From Polyangiales bacterium (GTDB taxonomy: Bacteria; Myxococcota_A; Polyangia; Polyangiales; Ga0077539): DNA of 64,000 nt. Of the stretch, positions 1 to 9,660 are shown one piece after another. Location of the stretch: positions 160,001 to 224,000 of the forward strand of contig JBGARZ010000012.1 of NCBI GenBank assembly GCA_044229975.1. The letters are read 5' to 3'. Within the stretch, counting starts at the first letter, position 1. Each line of letters opens with the position of its first letter. Position numbers and translations under genes: made by a program. The notes below the pieces were generated by a model that was given only the letters and a program-made list of their open reading frames with translations, did not search any database and was not told the DNA's origin.

Positions 1-132
1 GCTCGCGAGGCCAGCGACCCGGCGTGGCAGCCCGCGCGACCGCCCATGAGCGTCGACGACCTCGTCCGGCGCGACGTCTCACCGACCTTCGTGAACTACC
101 TCCGCCAGTGGAAGAACTTCGTCGCCGACTGA
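1..132 (+). CDS. 3' end of a gene truncated by the window edge, possibly NADH:flavin oxidoreductase family
   Basis: Frame 1 reads AREASDPAWQPARPPMSVDDLVRRDVSPTFVNYLRQWKNFVAD*, with GC3-rich codons and a terminator just after; family guess is from recalled C-terminal similarity only. Confidence 0.5.
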   Translation, partial: AREASDPAWQPARPPMSVDDLVRRDVSPTFVNYLRQWKNFVAD

Positions 133-135
133 CGA

Positions 136-164
136 CCGCGACCATCAAGTCGCGGCTACTTTTT
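136..164 (+). terminator. Intrinsic terminator-like hairpin
   Basis: CCGCGAC-catcaa-GTCGCGG followed by ctacTTTTT directly after the stop at 132. Confidence 0.6.
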
Positions 165-321
165 GCGCGATTATCGAATGATCTATCTCTTTTGGCCGAC
201 CCCTTCACCCCGTTGGGGTAGCGGGGCGCTGATAATGCCGCAACTGGTGGTCCGGACAGCACGTTCGGCCTGCGCGGCACCGTAGCTCGTCGCAGATCTC
301 ACCACCGCGTGGAGGATTCCG

Positions 322-2868
322 ATGGGTGCAAGAACTCGTGCCTCGGTCTTGACGTTGCTCGCGGGCGTCGGGGTGGTCGGCGCCGTGACGTGGAAGGTCG
401 CCGGTCCTGGTCGGTCGCGCGAAGCGCAGGCCAGCGGCGCAACGCGGGCCGAACGTGGTCCTACCGCGGGCGAGCGCATCGGGTCGGCTGCGGATGGAGC
501 GGCGCTCAACCAACGCATCGCCTCGCTGCGCAACGCCGAGGCCGCCGTCCGCCAGATCGATCGCGCGGTGCTCACCCCGTGGCGCGCCGCCTGGACGGCC
601 CGCGACGCCGCGGCCTTCGCCCGGGTGCTCGCGCCCAACGCCGAGACGCCCGCGTGGGCCAGCGCCGAGCGCACCAACCGTCGCGAGGTGCAGGGCATCC
701 GCGAGCTCGCCTGGACGCCCGCCGCAGGAACGCAGCCCGACGAGATGGCCCGCTACCTCGGAGCCTTCGCGCGGGTCGAGCATGTGCAACTCGACGTGGT
801 TCGCCTCGACACGCCGACGCCCACCACCGCCACTGCGATCGTGCGCATGGACCTCCGCGGCATGGAGGCCGACGGCGCCCGACGGCAGGACCGCGGCGAG
901 GTCACCGTGGCGCTCACCAAGGGCGCGCAGGGTTGGCGAGTGACCTCGATGCGTCCGTCGGGCGCGTTGGAGACCATCACGGCGGCGTCGACGCGGGCCC
1001 CGGCCTTCGAAGACGCCACGACCGCGGTGGGCCTCGACCGCGTGGCGCGGGTCGACCGTCGCGAGGCGATTCGTCGCGGCGGGTACGCGCTGGCGGTGAC
1101 CGACTACGACGCCGACGGGCGGCCCGACGTGCTCGTGGGCAACTGGGGTCCGGTGCAGCTCTTCCACAACACGCCGCAGGGCTTCGTGGAGGTGTCCGCG
1201 GCAGCGGGTCTCGCGGGTGAGTCGCTGGTGAAGTCGGCGGCCTTCGCCGACCTCGACAACGACGGGTTGCAGGACCTGGTGATGGTTCGCTTCGTGGACA
1301 CCACGCGGCCGCCGGGGCCCGATCGCGGGAGCCTCTGGGACGGCACCGAAGGCGACGGTGACTTCGTGGCGTACCGCAACCTCGGCGGCGGTCGCTTCGA
1401 GCGCAAGGGCAACGTGCTCACGCGCCACCGGCACTACGACCGCAGCATGCCGCTCGCCATCGCCGACCTCGACGGCGACGGCCGGCTCGACGTGTACGTG
1501 GGCTTCCCCGGCGCGCGCGACTTCACCAACGACCTCGCGCGCACGGGCGGCAACCCCAACCTCGCGCACCAGGGCATCTGGCTCAACCGCGGCAACTGGA
1601 ACTTCTCCGAAGCCCAGGCGATGCAGGCCGAGAGCGGGCAGCCCGTCAACGAGGCGCAGGTGTTTCCCCACGCGGTGCTGGCGACCGACCTCGACGGCGA
1701 CAACCGCCCCGAGCTCGTGGTCGTCGACGACAGCGGGCACTTCAGCCCGGTGTACAAGAACGAGGGCGGCGGGCGCTTCCGCGACGTGACGCGCGAGATG
1801 GGCGTCGGCGTCGCCTCGTGGGGCATGGGCGCGACGTCGGGCGACTACGACGGCGACGGCGCCAACGACCTGCTGCTCACCAACGTGTCCTTCGCGGGCG
1901 GCGAGCGCATGAGCGCGCGGCTCGCGGCCGAGGGCAACAGCCCCGCCTCCGAGGAGCTGCGTCATCGCACGCAAGACCTCGTGTCGCGCGGCATGCACCT
2001 CTTCCACAACCGCGGCGACGGTCGCTTCGATGAGGTGACCGATCGGGCGGGCGTTCCGTGGGCGGGCAGCGGCCCGGCGTGCGCCGAGTGGATCGACTAC
2101 AACAACGACGGCCACCTCGACATGTACATCGCCAACGGCCTCTGGTCGGGCGGCGCCGAGGACTCCGAGAGCTTCTTCCTCACGCTGGTCTTCGACCGCG
2201 AGACGCGGCGCAGCGCCATCGGCGACCTCGCCATGAGCATGCCCGGCACGCGCGGCCTCGGGGCCAACCCCGTGCTCACCATCCTGCGGGATTTCCGCGG
2301 GACGCTCGATGACCCGCGGCACGGCGCGACGAGCGAGCGGCCGACGCTCTCGCTGGGCGGCCGTCAGCGCAACCGCCTCTTCCGCAACAACGGCGACGGC
2401 ACCTTCACCGACGTGGCCTTCCTCGAAAACGCCGACCGCATCGAGGACGGCTACGTGCTCGCGCCCGCCGACGTCGACGGCGACGGACGGCAGGACCTCG
2501 TGCTCCGCAACGCCGATCCGCCGCCTTCGCAGTCCTTCGCGCCGGTGGTGTATTTGCACAACACGGGCGCTCCCGCGGGCTCGCTCGCGGTCACGCTCGA
2601 AGGCGTGGCGAGCAACCGCTCGGGCATCGGCGCGCGGGTGACCGCGGTGGTCGGTGGTCGTTCGCTGAGCCGCGAAGTCCGCTCCGTAGGCGGCGCGAGC
2701 GAGGGTCCGCCCGAGGCGCACTTCGGCCTGGGTGGCGCCGCGCGCGCCGAGTCCATCGAGGTGCGCTGGCCGTCGGGTCGCGTCGAGCGCTTCCCCGGCG
2801 CGGCGGCCGGTCGCACGAGGTTGCGCGAGGGCAGCGGCACCGTCGTCACGACGCCTCCGCGCGCCTGA
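322..2868 (+). CDS. CRTAC1/ASPIC-UnbV family FG-GAP repeat protein with N-terminal anchor and NTF2-like region
   Basis: Many DxDxDGxxD motifs (DYDADGRPD, DLDNDGLQD, DLDGDGRLD, DYNNDGHLD); C-terminal NRSGIGARV...AHFGLG...IEVRWPSG; GGAGG RBS upstream. Confidence 0.9.
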   Translation: MGARTRASVLTLLAGVGVVGAVTWKVAGPGRSREAQASGATRAERGPTAGERIGSAADGAALNQRIASLRNAEAAVRQIDRAVLTPWRAAWTARDAAAFARVLAPNAETPAWASAERTNRREVQGIRELAWTPAAGTQPDEMARYLGAFARVEHVQLDVVRLDTPTPTTATAIVRMDLRGMEADGARRQDRGEVTVALTKGAQGWRVTSMRPSGALETITAASTRAPAFEDATTAVGLDRVARVDRREAIRRGGYALAVTDYDADGRPDVLVGNWGPVQLFHNTPQGFVEVSAAAGLAGESLVKSAAFADLDNDGLQDLVMVRFVDTTRPPGPDRGSLWDGTEGDGDFVAYRNLGGGRFERKGNVLTRHRHYDRSMPLAIADLDGDGRLDVYVGFPGARDFTNDLARTGGNPNLAHQGIWLNRGNWNFSEAQAMQAESGQPVNEAQVFPHAVLATDLDGDNRPELVVVDDSGHFSPVYKNEGGGRFRDVTREMGVGVASWGMGATSGDYDGDGANDLLLTNVSFAGGERMSARLAAEGNSPASEELRHRTQDLVSRGMHLFHNRGDGRFDEVTDRAGVPWAGSGPACAEWIDYNNDGHLDMYIANGLWSGGAEDSESFFLTLVFDRETRRSAIGDLAMSMPGTRGLGANPVLTILRDFRGTLDDPRHGATSERPTLSLGGRQRNRLFRNNGDGTFTDVAFLENADRIEDGYVLAPADVDGDGRQDLVLRNADPPPSQSFAPVVYLHNTGAPAGSLAVTLEGVASNRSGIGARVTAVVGGRSLSREVRSVGGASEGPPEAHFGLGGAARAESIEVRWPSGRVERFPGAAAGRTRLREGSGTVVTTPPRA

Positions 2869-2872
2869 TTCG

Positions 2873-3106
2873 GTGCCGGAGTTCGCGTGACCCCATCGCG
2901 AGTGCGTGCAGTCGCTCACTCCGGGCTATTTCAGGTGGTCACCTCGCTATCGCGAGGTTGCAGCACTGGCTTTGATGAACAGCCCATCAACTCGTCCACC
3001 GTCAGCTGTGAGTTCCTGCAACCTCGCGATAGCGAGGTGACCACCTGAAATAGCCCGGAGTGAGCGACTGCACGCACTCGCGATGGGGTCACGCGAACTC
3101 CGGCAC
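2873..3106. mobile_element. Fold-back (REPIN/MITE-like) element 1: perfect 91 bp inverted repeats around a 52 bp spacer
   Basis: 2873-2963 is the exact reverse complement of 3016-3106; direct repeat CGCGCCTGA at 2860-2868 and 3118-3126. Confidence 0.8.
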
Positions 3107-3169
3107 AGCGGGCACCACGCGCCTGAGACTCTCGCCCTCAACGCCGCGATCGGCGATCCTCCGCCCTCT

Positions 3170-4162
3170 ATGGGCTTCCGCTTCTCCAAGCACCTCAACC
3201 TCCCTGGCGGGTTCCGGCTCAACGTCGGAACCAAGGGGCTCGGCGTCTCGTGGGGCGTGCGCGGCTTCCGCGTCGGCGTCGGACCCAACGGCGCGAAGTA
3301 CACCGCCTCGCTCCCGGGCACCGGCGCCTCGTGGTCGGGCGGCATCGGTGGCGGCGCTCCCTCCTCGACGAAGGGCAACGCACCGCCCGCCTCGCGCGCC
3401 GTCAGCGCACCGAAGCCGACGCCCGTCGACCCCGCCGCGGCGGTCGCGGCCCACGAGGCGCTGCTCCAGCAGCTCATCTCGCTCCATCGCGTCGTCCCCA
3501 CCACCTGGGACTGGAACGCCATCGCCGCCGCGCCCGCACCACCACCCGTGACAACGAACGACCCGGCCGCGGTCGAGGCGTGGCGGATGGCCCAGGCGCG
3601 CTGGCAGTGGTTTCACGACGTCGCGGTCGGCGTGCTCGCGGGCAACGTGCAGGCCTGCGAGGCGGTGCTTCAGCACCTCGGCCCCTTCCAGCGATTGCAG
3701 GAGCTGGGCGGGTCCATTCGTGTGTCCATCCAACAGGACTGGTGCGTGGAGGCGTGGCTGTCCGCCAACGGCTCGGAGGTCATCCCGACGGAGCAGCCGA
3801 CGGTGACGCCGACGGGGAAGTCCGGTCGCAAGAAGATCCCCGAGTCGCGCCGCTGGGAGTTGTTTCAAGACCACGTGTGCAGCGCCGCGCTGCGGGTGGC
3901 GCGCGAGACCTTCGCGTTGCTTCCCATCCCGGTGGTGTTCGTCCACGTGGCCGACGTGAAGCTCGACCCGTCGACCGGTCACGAAGCGGTGGTTCCGGTG
4001 TTGTCGGTGGCCTTCGATCGCGAGGTGTTCGCGAGGCTCAACCTCGACAAGGTCGACCCGTCGAGCGCCGTCGAAGGCTTCGACCACGCCATGAACTTCA
4101 AGAAGACCACCGGCTTCTCCGCGGTGGTGCCGCTCGACCCCAGCGACGCCGCGCCCGGCTGA
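3170..4162 (+). CDS. DUF4236 domain-containing protein
   Basis: N-terminus MGFRFSKHLNLPGGFRLNVGTKGLGVSWGVRGFRVGVG...SLPGTG matches the DUF4236 pattern; start placed at ATG 3170. Confidence 0.8.
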   Translation: MGFRFSKHLNLPGGFRLNVGTKGLGVSWGVRGFRVGVGPNGAKYTASLPGTGASWSGGIGGGAPSSTKGNAPPASRAVSAPKPTPVDPAAAVAAHEALLQQLISLHRVVPTTWDWNAIAAAPAPPPVTTNDPAAVEAWRMAQARWQWFHDVAVGVLAGNVQACEAVLQHLGPFQRLQELGGSIRVSIQQDWCVEAWLSANGSEVIPTEQPTVTPTGKSGRKKIPESRRWELFQDHVCSAALRVARETFALLPIPVVFVHVADVKLDPSTGHEAVVPVLSVAFDREVFARLNLDKVDPSSAVEGFDHAMNFKKTTGFSAVVPLDPSDAAPG

Positions 4163-4262
4163 CACCGCTGGGGTCTCGACACCCCACGTCCCTACGTAAT
4201 TCCGAGCACTTGCGGCGGCATGACGCGCGCACTCCCTGGGTCTCCCGAGGAGCAACAACGCC

Positions 4263-5009
4263 ATGCACATCGAGAGTTCTGCCTGCACGCACGTCGGTCG
4301 ACGGAGCAACAACGAGGACAGCCACTGCGCCGTCGAGCCCATCGGTCTCTTCGCGGTGGCCGACGGGATGGGCGGCTACGAGGGCGGCGAGATCGCCAGC
4401 CGGGTGGCCATCGAGACCCTCGAACGCTTCTACCGCCGCAACGCCGCCGAGGACGACGTCACCTGGCCCTTCGCCCTCGACCCGGCCATCGACCTCGATC
4501 GCAACATGGTCGCCACCGGGGTGAAGCTCGCCGACTCCTTCATCGCCGCGCAGCGCACCGGGCGCCTCTCCTCCATGGGGACCACGGTCGCCACCCTCGT
4601 CGTGCGCGACGGCCGCGTGGTCATCGGACACGTCGGCGACTCCAGGGTCTACCGGGTTCGCGGCGGACGATTGGAGGCCATGACCCGCGATCACTCGCTC
4701 TATGAAGAGATGGTCGCCATGGGGTCGAAGGTCGGTCCGCGCAGCGAGTTTCCGCACGCCAACGTCATCACCCGCGCGCTCGGGATGAAGCCGCCCGTGA
4801 AGGTCGACACACGCACGGAGAGCGCCCGCGCCGGGGATGTCTTCCTGCTGTGCACCGACGGGCTCTACGACTCCGTCACGCCCGCGCGCATGGCCGACGT
4901 GCTCACCACGATGCACCCGCGCGACGCCGGGCAGACGCTGGTGGAGGAAGCCTTCCTCAACGGATCGCGGGACAACATCACCGCCGTCGTGGTCGCCGTG
5001 GTGGGGTGA
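4263..5009 (+). CDS. PP2C/PPM-family Ser/Thr protein phosphatase
   Basis: GRRSNNED, VADGMGG, GTT, HVGDSRVY, TRDHS, LLCTDGL, DNIT motifs. Confidence 0.95.
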   Translation: MHIESSACTHVGRRSNNEDSHCAVEPIGLFAVADGMGGYEGGEIASRVAIETLERFYRRNAAEDDVTWPFALDPAIDLDRNMVATGVKLADSFIAAQRTGRLSSMGTTVATLVVRDGRVVIGHVGDSRVYRVRGGRLEAMTRDHSLYEEMVAMGSKVGPRSEFPHANVITRALGMKPPVKVDTRTESARAGDVFLLCTDGLYDSVTPARMADVLTTMHPRDAGQTLVEEAFLNGSRDNITAVVVAVVG

Positions 5010-5069
5010 CGATCCCCACTCCCGCGACGGTCGATACGCGACTACCGTCCGCCGCAGGAGTCCACCTCA

Positions 5070-5987
5070 ATGTCCCTCTATTCGATGATCGCGGGCCGCG
5101 GGCCCAACGGGTTCGGCTACGGGTCCACCGCTGAAGACGTCACCGCCGGCCTCTCGCTCGCGGGCAAGACCGTGCTCGTGACCGGCTGCAACTCTGGCCT
5201 CGGGCTGGAGACCATGCGCGTGCTGGCGCTGCGCGGCGCGCACGTCATCGGCACCGCGCGCACCACCGCGAAGGCCACCGAGGCGGGCGCGACGGTGACC
5301 GGCCAGACGACGGGCCTCGCGTGCGAGCTGTCGGACCCGGCGTCGGTGCGCGGCTGCGTGGCGGCGGTGAAGGCGATGGGCGTCACGCTCGACGCGATCA
5401 TCGCCAACGCCGGGGTGATGGCGCTCCCGGAGCTCACGCTGGCGCATGGGTACGAGATGCAGTTCTTCACCAACCACGTGGGGCACTTCATGCTCGTGAC
5501 GGGGCTGCGCGACGCGCTCGCCGCCGACGGCCGCGTCGTGATGGTGAGCAGCAACGCGCACAACCGCGCGCCCAAGGAGGGCATCCAGTTCGACAACCTC
5601 GACGGCGCGAAGGGCTACTCCCCGTGGGCGGCGTACGGCCAGTCGAAGATCGCCAACCTGCTCTTCGCCAAGGAGCTCGCGCGGCAGTTCGCGGGATCGA
5701 AGCGCACGGCCAACGCGCTGCACCCCGGCGTCATCAAGACCAACCTCACCCGCAGCATGAACCCGCTGGTGGGCGTCGCGTTTGCGCTGGCCACGCCGCT
5801 CGGGTTCAAGTCCATCGCCGAGGGCGCGGCGACGCAGTGCTACGTGGCCGTCAACCCGGGCGCCGCGACGGTGAGCGGGGAGTACTTCTCGCACAGCGCG
5901 GTGGCGAAGTGCCGCGCCGACGCCAACGACCCGGCGCTGGCGAAGCGGCTGTGGCAGCGCACCGAGGAGATCGTCGCGGCGGTGTAG
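5070..5987 (+). CDS. SDR family oxidoreductase (retinol dehydrogenase/WWOX-like)
   Basis: TGCNSGLG, ANAG, TNHVGHF, YGQSK (YxxxK), HPGVI. Confidence 0.92.
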   Translation: MSLYSMIAGRGPNGFGYGSTAEDVTAGLSLAGKTVLVTGCNSGLGLETMRVLALRGAHVIGTARTTAKATEAGATVTGQTTGLACELSDPASVRGCVAAVKAMGVTLDAIIANAGVMALPELTLAHGYEMQFFTNHVGHFMLVTGLRDALAADGRVVMVSSNAHNRAPKEGIQFDNLDGAKGYSPWAAYGQSKIANLLFAKELARQFAGSKRTANALHPGVIKTNLTRSMNPLVGVAFALATPLGFKSIAEGAATQCYVAVNPGAATVSGEYFSHSAVAKCRADANDPALAKRLWQRTEEIVAAV

Positions 5988-6036
5988 GGGTGACCAGCAT
6001 GGGGTACGGCTGGGGTTCGGGCGCTGGCCCTCACCC
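5987..6036. terminator. Hairpin between convergent genes
   Basis: GGGGTGA-CCAGC ... GCTGG-ccc-TCACCCC; no U-tract. Confidence 0.35.
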
Positions 6037-6056
6037 CAGCGTCCCCTCGTGACCGC

Positions 6057-7076
6057 TCACCGCGCCGCCGCATGCCGCGCCCGATACTCCGACGGCGCGA
6101 CCGACTCCCACCGCTTGAACGCCCGCCGGAAGTTCGCCAGATCCGAGTAGCCCAATGTGTAGGCGATCTCATCCACGGTGAACCGCCCCGCCTTCAGGTG
6201 CTCCACCGCGAGCGTGTGGCGCACCTCTTCGAGCAGCTCGCGAAACGACGTCTCCTCCTCCAACAGCCTCCGGTGCAGCGTTCGCGGCGTCATCGAGAAC
6301 AGCCGCGCCGTCACCTGCAACGACGGAAACCCGCTCTGCTTCTCCAGCAGCAACCGCCGCACGCGCGTCGCCATCGACGCGTTGGCCGTGAGCTTGTCGA
6401 GCTCGCGCTGGCAGATCTCCGCGGCCTCACGAAACGCCTCCGGGTCGGCCATCGTCAGCGGAACATCCAGCGCCGCCATCGGCATCGAGAAGCCCGTCCA
6501 CGACTGCCCGTACCGCACCGGCGCGCCAAACAGATCGCGCGCCAGGTCGGCGTACTCCGGCGTCGCGAAGGGAAAGGCCACCTCGCTCACACGACCGACA
6601 CCCATCGAGATGGCATCGAGGATGTTCTTGATGCTGAGCACCACTGCCTCCAGCAGCGGCCGCCGAACATCCCCCAGCGGGTGCGTCTCCGTGAAGACGA
6701 TGCGCATCTCGCCCTTGTGCTCCTCGTGACCGACGGCCAGCAGCGACAGCCGCAACCCCGCGTAGCGCTCCACGAGCGCCAGCGCCTCGCGAATCGTCCC
6801 GCTGTTGAGCGCGGCGTACCCGAGGATGCCGTGCGTCGTGGCGCCCAGTCGCTCGCCCACCAGCAGCCCCAGCGCGGGCTCGTGCGACAGCAGCAACGCG
6901 TCGCGAACGAGCTGCTGAAACACCGCGAGCGGAATGCTCAACGAGGGGTCGTGCAGCTGCGACTCCCGCAGCCCGCTGCGCTCCAGCCACTGCCCGACGT
7001 CGCCCCCGTGGCTGCCGATCTGCTCGGCGATGTGCCGCAGGTACAGCACCGGCAACGTGAGGGCCTCGCCACGCAT
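6057..7076 (-). CDS. AraC family regulator (OruR-like N-terminal domain)
   Basis: C-terminal PRTLHRRL...EIAYTLGYSDLANFRRAFKRW..PSEYR; HGILGYA in N-terminal domain; divergent from the AlkB fusion. Confidence 0.92.
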   Translation of the reverse strand: MRGEALTLPVLYLRHIAEQIGSHGGDVGQWLERSGLRESQLHDPSLSIPLAVFQQLVRDALLLSHEPALGLLVGERLGATTHGILGYAALNSGTIREALALVERYAGLRLSLLAVGHEEHKGEMRIVFTETHPLGDVRRPLLEAVVLSIKNILDAISMGVGRVSEVAFPFATPEYADLARDLFGAPVRYGQSWTGFSMPMAALDVPLTMADPEAFREAAEICQRELDKLTANASMATRVRRLLLEKQSGFPSLQVTARLFSMTPRTLHRRLLEEETSFRELLEEVRHTLAVEHLKAGRFTVDEIAYTLGYSDLANFRRAFKRWESVAPSEYRARHAAAR

Positions 7077-7159
7077 CCCAACCCACTCTGTCAATAAATG
7101 ACCCCTCGTTGTCAACGCGGGACCCCTCCCCCGACCGCCCGCGCGCCTACGCTTCTTCC

Positions 7160-9367
7160 ATGGCCACGATGCGAACCACCCGAAGCCCGATCACCGCGCA
7201 CATCAACGCCCTGCCCGTGATCGTCGAACCGCGTGAGACGGTGCTCCAGGCCGCCCTGCGCAGCGGCGTCGACTTCCCCAATAGCTGCCGCGTCGGCGGC
7301 TGCGGCGCGTGCAAGTGCCAGCTCACCGAGGGCTCCGTGCGCGAGCTCACCGAGACCGGTTACCTCCTCTCCCGCGAGGAGATCGACCAGGGGTACATCC
7401 TCGCGTGTCAGAGCGTTCCGACGTCCGATGTTCGCATCGCCGTGGACCTCGCCGCGCGCTCTGTCGCCGGCCACGTCGTCGCCCAGGAGCGCGTCACCCA
7501 CGACATCACCCGCCTGCGCGTTCAGCTCGCCCAACCGATCACCTACCGCGCGGGTCAGTTCGCGCGCGTCACCCTCGACGGCGTCACGCGCAGCTACTCC
7601 TTCGCTTCACCCGCGAGCGATGACGGCGCGGTGAGCTTCTTCGTCCGCAAGGTCCCTGGCGGAAAGCTCTCGTCGATGGTCCATGACCACGACCTCGTCG
7701 GCCGCGACGTCCACCTCGAAGGACCCTCCGGCGCCTTCTGGCTGCGCCCCTCCGACGCGCCCATCGTGCTCGTCGCGGGCGGCAGCGGCCTCGCGCCCAT
7801 CCTCGCGCTCTTGCAGGAAGCCGTCGCGTCCGGCGTCTCCCGCGACGCCACGCTCCTCTTCGGCGCCCGAACCGCCGCCGACCTCTACGCCCTCGACGAC
7901 ATCGCCACCATCGCGCGCCAATGGAAGGGCTCCTTCCGCTTCGTTCCGGTGCTCTCCGCGGCCGACGATGACGCCACCTGGGACGGCGCTCGCGGCCTCG
8001 TCACCGAACACCTCGCCGCCCACCTCCCCGTCGGCGCGCACGCCTACCTCTGCGGCCCTCCCGCCATGGTCGATGCCGCCAGCGCGCTGCTCGGCACGCT
8101 CGGTGTCGAACACATCCACTGCGATCGCTTCACCACGCAGCACGACCCGCCCGTCATCGCGCTACCCGCTCACGCCGCTTCTTCGCCCGCGTCCGCGTGG
8201 GACGCGCTGCACTACCTCAAGTTCTCGCTCTTCCATGGTGTCGGCCTGCTCGCTGCCGTCGCTCTCCTCGCCGGTGGTCCGCTCATCACGCTGGGGCTCG
8301 TCGCCATCCTCGCGCTCTACATGGTCGGTGACGCCGTCGGCGGCGACGACACCTCCACGCCGACGTACCGCTTCCCCGCCATCCTCACGACGCAGCTCTG
8401 GCTGGCGCTGCCGCTCCTGTCCTTCGTCGTCTTCGCAGCAGTCTGGACCGTCTGCCCCGGCGACCCGCTCGGCTTCGGCCACGCGATCACGCGCCTCACC
8501 GGCTACGACGTGATCGCGGCGCGCGCGGCGACGGCGAGCATCCACCACGTCTCCGCGTGGGTCGTCACCGGCCTCATGATCGGCATGGTCGGAACCATCC
8601 CCGCCCACGAGCTCACCCACCGCACCTGGGACCGCGTGTCGATGTTCGTGGGGCGGTGGCTGCTGGCGTTCAGCTTCGACACGACCTTCGCCATCGAGCA
8701 CGTCTACGGCCACCACCGCTACGTCTCCACGGAGGAAGACCCCGCCACCGCGCCGCGCGGGCGCAACGTGTACTTCCACATCGTCGCCTCGACGCTGAAG
8801 GGCAACGTCAGCGCGTGGAAGATCGAGCGCGAGCGGTTGGAGAAGAAGCGCCTCGCGGTGTGGTCGTGGCGCAACGCGGTGCTGCGCGGCCACCTGATGA
8901 GCGTCGCGTTGGTGGCGGGCGCGTGGGCGATGGGCGGCTGGCGGGCGGCGGCCTTCTTCAGCGCGTGTGCGCTGTGGGGGAAGGCGCTGCTGGAGATCGT
9001 CAACTACATGGAGCACTACGGCATCGTGCGAAACCCGGCGACCCCGGTGCAGCCGCGCCACTCCTGGAACACCAACCGCCGCGTCAGCTCGTGGAGCATG
9101 TTCAACCTGACGAGGCACTCGCATCACCACGCGCAGGGCGAGGTTCCGTATCAAGAGCTGCGGCCGTATGCGGATGCGCCGATGATGATCAACGGGTACC
9201 TGACGACGCTGGTGGTCGCGATGATCCCGCCGCTCTGGCACCACCTGATGACGCCGAAGGTGCTCGCCTGGGACCGCGACTTCGCCACCGACGAAGAGCG
9301 CCGCCTCGCCGCCCGCGCGACCGAACGCGCGCCGACGTGGTTCGCCGCCGCGACGTCGACCCGCTGA
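7160..9367 (+). CDS. alkB: Fused 2Fe-2S ferredoxin / FAD-NAD reductase / AlkB-type membrane di-iron monooxygenase
   Basis: CRVGGCGAC...LAC ferredoxin; RSYS, GGSGLAP, YLCGPP reductase; His boxes HELTH, EHVYGHH, NYMEHYG, LTRHSHHH. Confidence 0.9.
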   Translation: MATMRTTRSPITAHINALPVIVEPRETVLQAALRSGVDFPNSCRVGGCGACKCQLTEGSVRELTETGYLLSREEIDQGYILACQSVPTSDVRIAVDLAARSVAGHVVAQERVTHDITRLRVQLAQPITYRAGQFARVTLDGVTRSYSFASPASDDGAVSFFVRKVPGGKLSSMVHDHDLVGRDVHLEGPSGAFWLRPSDAPIVLVAGGSGLAPILALLQEAVASGVSRDATLLFGARTAADLYALDDIATIARQWKGSFRFVPVLSAADDDATWDGARGLVTEHLAAHLPVGAHAYLCGPPAMVDAASALLGTLGVEHIHCDRFTTQHDPPVIALPAHAASSPASAWDALHYLKFSLFHGVGLLAAVALLAGGPLITLGLVAILALYMVGDAVGGDDTSTPTYRFPAILTTQLWLALPLLSFVVFAAVWTVCPGDPLGFGHAITRLTGYDVIAARAATASIHHVSAWVVTGLMIGMVGTIPAHELTHRTWDRVSMFVGRWLLAFSFDTTFAIEHVYGHHRYVSTEEDPATAPRGRNVYFHIVASTLKGNVSAWKIERERLEKKRLAVWSWRNAVLRGHLMSVALVAGAWAMGGWRAAAFFSACALWGKALLEIVNYMEHYGIVRNPATPVQPRHSWNTNRRVSSWSMFNLTRHSHHHAQGEVPYQELRPYADAPMMINGYLTTLVVAMIPPLWHHLMTPKVLAWDRDFATDEERRLAARATERAPTWFAAATSTR

Positions 9368-9389
9368 ACTGGAGCGGGGGTTGCGGCGA

Positions 9390-9635
9390 GGGCCGGGGTT
9401 CACAGTGCAGGCTCCGCGTCCGTCGCGCTCCGTTCACCCCGGTCAATGGTAGGGGGTCACCCCGCCGCTGCGCGACGGGGTTGCAAGCAGAAGATCCATC
9501 GCGATCCCAATCGACACCGTGGAGGTCGCGACCTCTGTTGCAACCCCGTCGCGCAGCGGCGGGGTGACCCCCCTACCATTGCCCGGGGTGAACGGAGCGC
9601 GACGGACGCGGAGCCTGCACTGTGAACCCCGGCCC
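9390..9635. mobile_element. Fold-back (REPIN/MITE-like) element 2: 97/98 bp inverted repeats around a 51 bp spacer
   Basis: 9390-9486 versus 9538-9635 differ by one substitution and a 1 bp indel; 14 bp direct repeat CGACCCGCTGAACT at 9357-9370 and 9649-9662. Confidence 0.85.
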
Positions 9636-9660
9636 ACGTCGCGAACGCCGACCCGCTGAA

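Noticed and set aside
205..2919. Long antisense and off-frame ORFs (e.g. 205-2919, 24616-26589, 27879-29795, 5' part of 13266-16766)
   Set aside because: Arg/Gly/Ala-rich shadows of real genes, caused by stop-codon scarcity at high GC; no motifs
2928..3051. CRISPR-like 36 bp unit (CTGCAACCTCGCGATAGCGAGGTGACCACCTGAAAT) flanking a spacer
   Set aside because: The copies are inverted, not direct; there are only two, embedded in longer arms; no cas genes in the window
9390..9635. Integron attC site or autonomous IS
   Set aside because: No RYYYAAC/GTTRRRY ends, arms too long and near-perfect, and no transposase or integrase ORF
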